Positions 58,076-64,000 of a stretch of DNA of 64,000 nucleotides are shown here, piece by piece (within the stretch, counting starts at the first letter, position 1; each line of letters starts with the position of its first letter). The DNA lies in IMG/VR virus record IMGVR_UViG_3300025913_000027, positions 1 through 64,000 of that record; one strand, 5' to 3'. The position numbers and the translations under genes are program-made. Below the pieces are notes generated by a model that was not told where the DNA came from, searched no databases, and saw only the letters and a program-made list of their open reading frames with translations. The stretch comes from a virus.

Positions 58076-60375
58076 TGCCCAATCTTGACGACATCACGCA
58101 AAAGATTTTGATCGACGGCGACGCCGAGGTCATCAATAAGCTCAGTGAGATCGGAGAGAAAGGCTTCGAGGCGATCAAGGAGCTTAGCGAAGCGGCGGAG
58201 AGCGGAGCGAGCGGACTTGAAATCTTCGGGACAGCAATCGGCGAAGTAGGCGCGACGATCATCGGGGTCGTCGGCGCGATCTCAGCGTTCGTCGATGCCA
58301 ATGACGAAGCCATCCAGCGTACCAACTTCCTCGCGCAGGCGTTCGGGGCCACGACTGAGCAAGTCGTCGGGCTCGAAGCCGCGTTTGCCGCCGCTGGCGT
58401 CAGCACGCGTACCTTCGAGCAGTTCGCCCAGCGGCTCACGACGACTATCGCGCGTGAGTGGCCTGCGATTACCGAGAGTATCCGGACTTCGTCCAACGAA
58501 CAGGACGCGGCTCAGGAGCGTGTTGTCTCTTCGACCATCAAAGTGCAGGAGGCCCAGCGGGCACTTGGTTTCGTAAATGACGAGACCGCCAGCAAGATCG
58601 CTAACTCGTCCCTTCGGGCACAAGCGGCATACACCGCGCTCCAGTTCGCGGCCTCCCATGCGCTCCAGCAAATCCAGCACGACACGGATAGCGTGCGCGG
58701 TGCCGATCTTAGTTTGGAGAGCGCGCAACAGCGGCTCGCCGAGCTAGAGGGCCGCCCAGTATCGGAAGCGGACAAGCAGGCCCTTCAAATTCGCGAAGCT
58801 CAGCTTGCCGTGGACAAAGCCCGGCAGGCGGCAGCGGATGCTCGCATCGCGCAGCAGGAGCATGCGGCGCAAGCGGCGGCTAAGCAAGCTCAGCTCGAAC
58901 AGGCGGCGGAGGATGCCGCCCTAAAACACGAGACTGCCATTTCCGAGGCTGCGACCTCGCGACAGAAGGCGGAAGAGGCCGTGCGCTCTGCGATCACCGC
59001 TCGCGCCGAGGCCGAGGATCGCGCTCAGCAGATCGCGCTCAAGAGCATCCCGGCGATCAAGTCGGCAATCGAAGGGCTGACCGACGGTAGCAAGGCGGCC
59101 ACGACGGCTATCGATCTGACGCAAGTTTCGGTCACCAATCTGACTAAGGGCATCATTGCTGCCGCTCAGGTCGGCGATAAGCCGCCGACCGGTTTTCAGG
59201 TTATGGTCGAGCTGTCCCGTGTTCTTTCCAGCGAACAGGGCAAGCTCATCGACAGCTCGCAAAAACTCGCTATCGTCCAGCAGCTCAGTCAGCGCGGTTT
59301 CAGCACAACGAGTGGAGCGGCCTTTGAGCTGCTCAACGCGCTGGAGCGCGGGCCGGAGTATTTCAAGAGGTTCGAGAACGCGGCCAAATCCCATTTCTCG
59401 GTCAACGAGCAAGGGCGGCAGAACGTCGAACACTTTAGAGATGCTATCGCTGCGCTAGGTCAGAGCATCGAACTTGTCAATCGCGACTTCGCGGCTGCCG
59501 CGAGCCCAATCTTCACGAGCTTCCTTGAAGCGCTCAATGAGAGCCTGACCACGAGCGACGGGCTGCTGCATGCGGTCGTAGCGGGCGTTCAAGCTATCGG
59601 TGCGGGTCTTGGGGTCGTTATCGAGGGCTATCAGAAGCTCGCGACTGCGATTGATCATGCGTTCAATCTTGAGCCCGGGAGGGCGATGCAGGCTCTTATT
59701 GGGGCGGCTATCACGGCGGTTGCGCTCTTCGCATCCGCGTGGCTGGCGGTCCCGGCTGCGATTGCGGTCGTGGTGACAGCTATCGGCTACATCGCGGAAA
59801 ACTGGGATAAAGTACGAGAAGGGGCAGCTCGCGCATGGGAGGCGGTCACCAATAGCTCGGTAGTCAAATTCTTGGAGAGCGTCCTCGAAGAGGTGAAGGC
59901 TATCTGGAGTTTCCTCTCGAAGATCGTCGCGGCAGCGAACACCCTATCTCCGATAAGCGGCAAGAGCGGCGGCGCGAGTGCTGGCGCGGGAGGCAGCGAA
60001 AGTGGCGCGCAGGGGTTCGCGGAAGGCGGCCCCATCAACGGCCCGGGAACGACTACGAGCGACAGCATCCTCGCGCGCCTGTCGCGCGGCGAGTTCGTCA
60101 TCAAGGCAGCGGCGGTGCAGACATATGGCGCTGGGCTCTTCCATGCGCTGAACAACATGATGCTGCCCGGCTTCGCGTCCGGTGGCCTCGTGCCATCTCC
60201 GGTCCGTCTGCCCGGCGGCGGCAGCGTGCCCGCGACGAGCACATTGAACTTGTCAATCGACGGACGATCCTTTAATGGTTTGCGGGGGCCGAAGAGCACG
60301 ATTGACGACCTCTCCAGCTTCGCGATTGCCCGCCAGACTTCGGCGGCGGGTAGCAACCCTTCATGGATGAAGTAA
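58075..60375 (+). CDS. tail tape measure protein
   Basis: 766 aa, Ala/Gln-rich helical sequence; late hydrophobic segment; GFAEGG...GPGTTTSDSILARLSRGEFV motif. Confidence 0.9.
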   Translation: MPNLDDITQKILIDGDAEVINKLSEIGEKGFEAIKELSEAAESGASGLEIFGTAIGEVGATIIGVVGAISAFVDANDEAIQRTNFLAQAFGATTEQVVGLEAAFAAAGVSTRTFEQFAQRLTTTIAREWPAITESIRTSSNEQDAAQERVVSSTIKVQEAQRALGFVNDETASKIANSSLRAQAAYTALQFAASHALQQIQHDTDSVRGADLSLESAQQRLAELEGRPVSEADKQALQIREAQLAVDKARQAAADARIAQQEHAAQAAAKQAQLEQAAEDAALKHETAISEAATSRQKAEEAVRSAITARAEAEDRAQQIALKSIPAIKSAIEGLTDGSKAATTAIDLTQVSVTNLTKGIIAAAQVGDKPPTGFQVMVELSRVLSSEQGKLIDSSQKLAIVQQLSQRGFSTTSGAAFELLNALERGPEYFKRFENAAKSHFSVNEQGRQNVEHFRDAIAALGQSIELVNRDFAAAASPIFTSFLEALNESLTTSDGLLHAVVAGVQAIGAGLGVVIEGYQKLATAIDHAFNLEPGRAMQALIGAAITAVALFASAWLAVPAAIAVVVTAIGYIAENWDKVREGAARAWEAVTNSSVVKFLESVLEEVKAIWSFLSKIVAAANTLSPISGKSGGASAGAGGSESGAQGFAEGGPINGPGTTTSDSILARLSRGEFVIKAAAVQTYGAGLFHALNNMMLPGFASGGLVPSPVRLPGGGSVPATSTLNLSIDGRSFNGLRGPKSTIDDLSSFAIARQTSAAGSNPSWMK

Positions 60376-60993
60376 ATGCCCAAAGACGCACTGGGACACG
60401 GAAGTAATCCTAGAGGCCTCGCGGGCGAACACTTGCCCGTGTGGTATCACGGCTCGCCGACCGGCTTTCCCGGTCTGACTGGCCCTATCCATGTCGGCAC
60501 TTATCGCGCCGCCCGCATGGCGCTTGAAGCGCGCATCGGCGTGCCTGCGGATGGGAAAGGCTGGGACGGGACGCGAGAGTATGGAAAGACGCTGCTCGCC
60601 GGAAAGGAAACGCTCGCTAAAATGGAGAGTGGCGAGAAGCCCTACTACAATAAGTATCCGGCGTCCGGATACAATGCAGGTAGTTGCGACGAAGAGGTCC
60701 CGCAAAAAGACTACTATCCAGATCAGCGAAAGAGCTTGCCGACGATGGGGAGGGACCGAACGCCAATGTCATTGACCATGCGCCCGGCTGTCCGGGCCTA
60801 TCAGATAAATGGCCCGATGAAGAACTCTCCGGGAACGCCGTACACCGACACGCGAGCCAATGCTCTTGCCCGAGCGCAGCAGACCAAGGGCAACGGCAAG
60901 CACGGCTTCTATTACACAAATGATGCCGAAGACAGCGGCAGTATCTCGGCTGTCGTGCCGAACCACGAGCACTTAACAGGATTGGTAGAATAG
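60376..60993 (+). CDS. KDxxGHGSN-leader protein 9 with possible ART-like cargo
   Basis: MPKDALGHGSNP, then WYHGS...IHVGT...GFYYTNDAEDSGSIS. Confidence 0.8.
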   Translation: MPKDALGHGSNPRGLAGEHLPVWYHGSPTGFPGLTGPIHVGTYRAARMALEARIGVPADGKGWDGTREYGKTLLAGKETLAKMESGEKPYYNKYPASGYNAGSCDEEVPQKDYYPDQRKSLPTMGRDRTPMSLTMRPAVRAYQINGPMKNSPGTPYTDTRANALARAQQTKGNGKHGFYYTNDAEDSGSISAVVPNHEHLTGLVE

Positions 60994-60994
60994 C

Positions 60995-61465
60995 ATGCCC
61001 GGCGGATTTGAAAACATTCTCCCCGCGAATGCGGATACGATCCTAACGATCTCATCGTTCGGGAACATGCTGTATCAGGCGCGTGGCCTGACGCAAACCC
61101 TGTCCGTGATCGGCGAGGCAACTCAGCAGGACCGCACGATCAACGGCACTCTCGTCGATCTCTCAGTCGCGCAGTTCCGCAAGTATTCCTCGAAGATCAC
61201 CTCTCCGAGCGATACGAACGCTCCGCCGCTCGACGGCGTCTTCCCCGGTATGATCGTCACCGTACAGTGCGCGGTCGGGCTCTCGTATCTCACGAGCGGC
61301 GGGAACGGCCCCAACCATCGCACGCCAGTCTCCGGCTCTGTCTATACCGAAGGAGCATACACCTTCTATCGACCCGAACTCACGATGATGGTCAAGACCG
61401 TCGAAACTCAGTTTGATGAATGGAAGAACGTGGTAGGCTGGACCTTAGAGCTTGAGGAAGTCTGA
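60995..61465 (+). CDS. putative distal tail protein
   Basis: ARGLTQTL...RTINGTLVDLS...FRKY...WTLELEEV; follows the tape measure gene. Confidence 0.7.
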   Translation: MPGGFENILPANADTILTISSFGNMLYQARGLTQTLSVIGEATQQDRTINGTLVDLSVAQFRKYSSKITSPSDTNAPPLDGVFPGMIVTVQCAVGLSYLTSGGNGPNHRTPVSGSVYTEGAYTFYRPELTMMVKTVETQFDEWKNVVGWTLELEEV

Positions 61466-61845
61466 TGAAAGATGCCAAGGGTCACGGCAGTAACGCGCAT
61501 AATTCCGGCATCGATAAAATTCCGGGCTGGAGCCCGGTCAAACTTGTGCCGACGAATAGCCTCCGTCCGCGCCCAGAGAATACCGCGATGATTGAGAAAT
61601 TCAAAGCGCGAGATGCGGCCAGCGAGAGGGCTTTTCGCGAAGCATATCCCGGAGAGAAATACGTGCCGTATCCGGGCGACATGCGCTACAAAGTAGACGA
61701 GATCAGAAAGACGATCCGGACAGGGGGCTCTCTTCCGCCGCTCGCGGTCAACAAAGACAACACGATAGAAGACGGCGAAAACCGCTGGAATGCCTATAAG
61801 GCCGAAGGCGTAAAGATGATCCCGGTTAGGATTAAAACTAGATGA
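61465..61845 (+). CDS. KDxxGHGSN-leader protein 10 with ParB/Srx-like cargo
   Basis: MKDAKGHGSNAHNSGIDKIPG, then LPPLAV...IEDGENRWNAY...IPV. Confidence 0.85.
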   Translation: MKDAKGHGSNAHNSGIDKIPGWSPVKLVPTNSLRPRPENTAMIEKFKARDAASERAFREAYPGEKYVPYPGDMRYKVDEIRKTIRTGGSLPPLAVNKDNTIEDGENRWNAYKAEGVKMIPVRIKTR

Positions 61846-64000
61846 CCCTCCCCTTCACCTTCGCGTGGGTCGATGAGACCCAGACGACCTTCGATCCGAA
61901 CACGATGAACGTGTTCGACGAGGACATCTTCTCGTTCGTCATCCAGCACGACGAGGGACAAATCCCGACGCTTGACATCATCGTAAAGAACCCCCGCATC
62001 GGGCTGCTCTCGCCCGGGCGCAAAGTCTGGGCATGGCTTGGATGGCAGAGCCCGGCGTCCGATCCGAACTATCACGGAGCGCTCGTACCGCTGTTCTTCG
62101 GCGTGCTTGTCGGCGTCCCTACGAGCCTCTTCAAGGAGAAGGTGACGCTCCAGTTCATCGCGCGCTCGCCGCAGTTCATTGCGAACAAACAGGCGCTCGC
62201 CGAAACCATGAAGACCTCGCCCTACTACGATCCGATCTTTATTGAGACGACCAAGCGGGATGACCCGGACACGATCCTCGAAGGATGGTCGGCGCTCTGG
62301 CATATCGACCGCACGTCGCTCGCGATCACCGCGTCCGACATCCTCGTTGGCGAAGACGGCAACGCCGAGTTCGACGAGGATCACGCGTTCTACGATAGCG
62401 TCTCGCTGCAATTAGGGCAGCCCCCGCTCGTGAACATCCGCGTTGAGGCCACTGTCAATTGGACCCAGCGCACGTCGGGCTTCTTCAAGGTGCCAGCAGT
62501 CAACATCTCCAGCTATACGGGCGAGACGCTGCTCAGCGATTGGCCGAAGCCCGGGGCAAGCCTCGGCGGCGGGTACAAGTGCGAGACAAGCTTTGTGACG
62601 GATGTCTACTTCATCTCCGAGACGCCAAACACGTCTTACAACTATTCGTGGACGAACTCTGACCCCAATCCGGGTCAGTGCTCGACCGCGTCGTCGTCGT
62701 ATTCGTCGAGCGGCCCTGCCCTGCTTGCGCCCGATCCGTTGCAAAATGTGTTGACGAGTTACTATCGAGGCGGCGTCTGCTTTCCAGACAGTGATCCGCC
62801 GACCAATACCTCCCTCGAAGCGTCTTCTAGCGGCGTGATCATTCCGCTCTGGAATGTTTCGATGGACATGACAATTCGCTATGACGCGAACCGGCAGTTC
62901 TCGGAAGTGCTGTCATTCGACATGCTTGCAAACGTGCAGGGCATTCTCGCTTCGCCAACTGTCGATCAAAACACTGAATTGCTCACAGTCTCGTCGGTCG
63001 ATATCGGGCAACCGCTGATCGAAGTGGACGCGTGGACTGATTTTGCGGGCAGGCACGTCAGTCTCGCACAGATGATCTTCCCGAACAACCCAACTACGCC
63101 GGGAGGTCTATCGTATCAGGTTTGCGTGCAGGCTGGCACCGCTGGCGTGGTCGAGCCGGTATTCAGCGACATCCCCGGCTTCATCACGAATGATAATGGC
63201 GTCGTCTGGGCCAGCCTCGGTACGCAAGGCGTGTCGCAGGCCTCGGCTTGGGCTCCGGGCGCGTATGTCCCGCTCGGGCAGATCATGCTTCTGCAAAATC
63301 AGGTATTCAACACGAGCACCGGCACCTTCGAGGATGTCCCCGGAGCAACGAGCTATTATCTCTGCACCACGGCGGGCCAGACGAACGGCAAGTACATCGT
63401 CAAGACGTACACGCCCCCAGTTACGTCCAATGTCGAGCCCACTCCAGCAGTCCGCCACATCAACTATATCAAGCAGCCGAACTTCTCGACGGTGGTAGGC
63501 GCGTCAATTGCGGACGGCACCGTGATCTGGACCGTACTCGGCACGTCTCCCGCGCTTCTGGGTATCCCGATTGGCGGCACCGCGAACGACGTGCGAGCGC
63601 GCAGCTACTTCCCGACATCTCGGGGCATTGCCAGTGTCGAGTATCTTATCAGTCGCGCTCGTGCTCGTCTGCGGTTCCGGGCGCGAGCGGTGAAGATCGG
63701 CTGGGAGTGTCGGTTCGCCGACGCGGTCCCGCTCTCGTGCCGTAAGAACGGCACGCTGTTCGATCCCCGGCTCCCCGGCGGCGCGGCCACTGGCAAGATC
63801 ACTGCGTACTCGCTCTCATGCAGCGGCGACGGCAAGCTTCGGGGCAAAGTCGAAATCGGATGTGCCATTGGTTTCGGCGACAGCATTGACGAGATCACGG
63901 GAACGCCGGAGTACGCGGCTCCCGGCTACATGCAAGTCGGATATCAACGCTATGACGGAGCGATGGTGCCACACGGTAGCAATGACACTACGTTTTCATT
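61842..64000 (+). CDS. large tail tip/baseplate hub protein, truncated by the window edge
   Basis: ATGA-coupled start MTLPFTFAWVDETQTTFDP; the frame appears open to the end and is missing from the ORF track, consistent with no stop in the window. Confidence 0.75.
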   Translation, partial: MTLPFTFAWVDETQTTFDPNTMNVFDEDIFSFVIQHDEGQIPTLDIIVKNPRIGLLSPGRKVWAWLGWQSPASDPNYHGALVPLFFGVLVGVPTSLFKEKVTLQFIARSPQFIANKQALAETMKTSPYYDPIFIETTKRDDPDTILEGWSALWHIDRTSLAITASDILVGEDGNAEFDEDHAFYDSVSLQLGQPPLVNIRVEATVNWTQRTSGFFKVPAVNISSYTGETLLSDWPKPGASLGGGYKCETSFVTDVYFISETPNTSYNYSWTNSDPNPGQCSTASSSYSSSGPALLAPDPLQNVLTSYYRGGVCFPDSDPPTNTSLEASSSGVIIPLWNVSMDMTIRYDANRQFSEVLSFDMLANVQGILASPTVDQNTELLTVSSVDIGQPLIEVDAWTDFAGRHVSLAQMIFPNNPTTPGGLSYQVCVQAGTAGVVEPVFSDIPGFITNDNGVVWASLGTQGVSQASAWAPGAYVPLGQIMLLQNQVFNTSTGTFEDVPGATSYYLCTTAGQTNGKYIVKTYTPPVTSNVEPTPAVRHINYIKQPNFSTVVGASIADGTVIWTVLGTSPALLGIPIGGTANDVRARSYFPTSRGIASVEYLISRARARLRFRARAVKIGWECRFADAVPLSCRKNGTLFDPRLPGGAATGKITAYSLSCSGDGKLRGKVEIGCAIGFGDSIDEITGTPEYAAPGYMQVGYQRYDGAMVPHGSNDTTFS

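Overview
This 64 kb window is most of a tailed dsDNA phage genome with a siphovirus-like tail module. The host is probably an alphaproteobacterium, judged from a circularly permuted two-piece tmRNA and CtrA-type TTAA-N7-TTAAC boxes. Layout: (1) 1-25.1 kb, mostly minus strand, is a replication and nucleotide arm with SNF2-like helicase, HD hydrolase, family A DNA polymerase, DUF2815-type SSB, Cas4-like/DUF2800 nuclease, SprT-like and HIRAN proteins, a plus-strand primase-polymerase/helicase, ParB-like proteins, tmRNA and a DEDD exonuclease. (2) 25.1-26.0 kb is a non-coding AT-rich strand-switch region with TTAACCTTAA repeats. (3) 26-35 kb holds many small accessory ORFs. (4) 35.1-39.9 kb is a cluster of small ORFs behind late-type promoters. 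(5) 40-64 kb is terminase, portal, head, a collagen fibre plus glycosyltransferase, and tail genes, cut off at the right edge. The standout observation is ten otherwise unrelated ORFs, eight at 35.3-38.5 kb and two inside the tail operon, that begin with the same peptide M(x)KD[AP]xGHGSN. The peptide is conserved at the protein level and fused to variable cargo, including ART-like and ParB-like domains. The best hypothesis is a capsid-targeting leader plus interchangeable cargo system for virion-packaged effectors. Other notable points are a second shared motif in that cluster, a copy of the scaffold C-terminus one -1 frameshift away from the collagen fibre, and recurrent short motifs ([ED]DLM-stop, DIPF-stop, RFSGL[DE]I). 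No integrase, lysis genes, tRNAs or CRISPR array were recognised. All functional calls come from motif recognition by eye; no searches were run.
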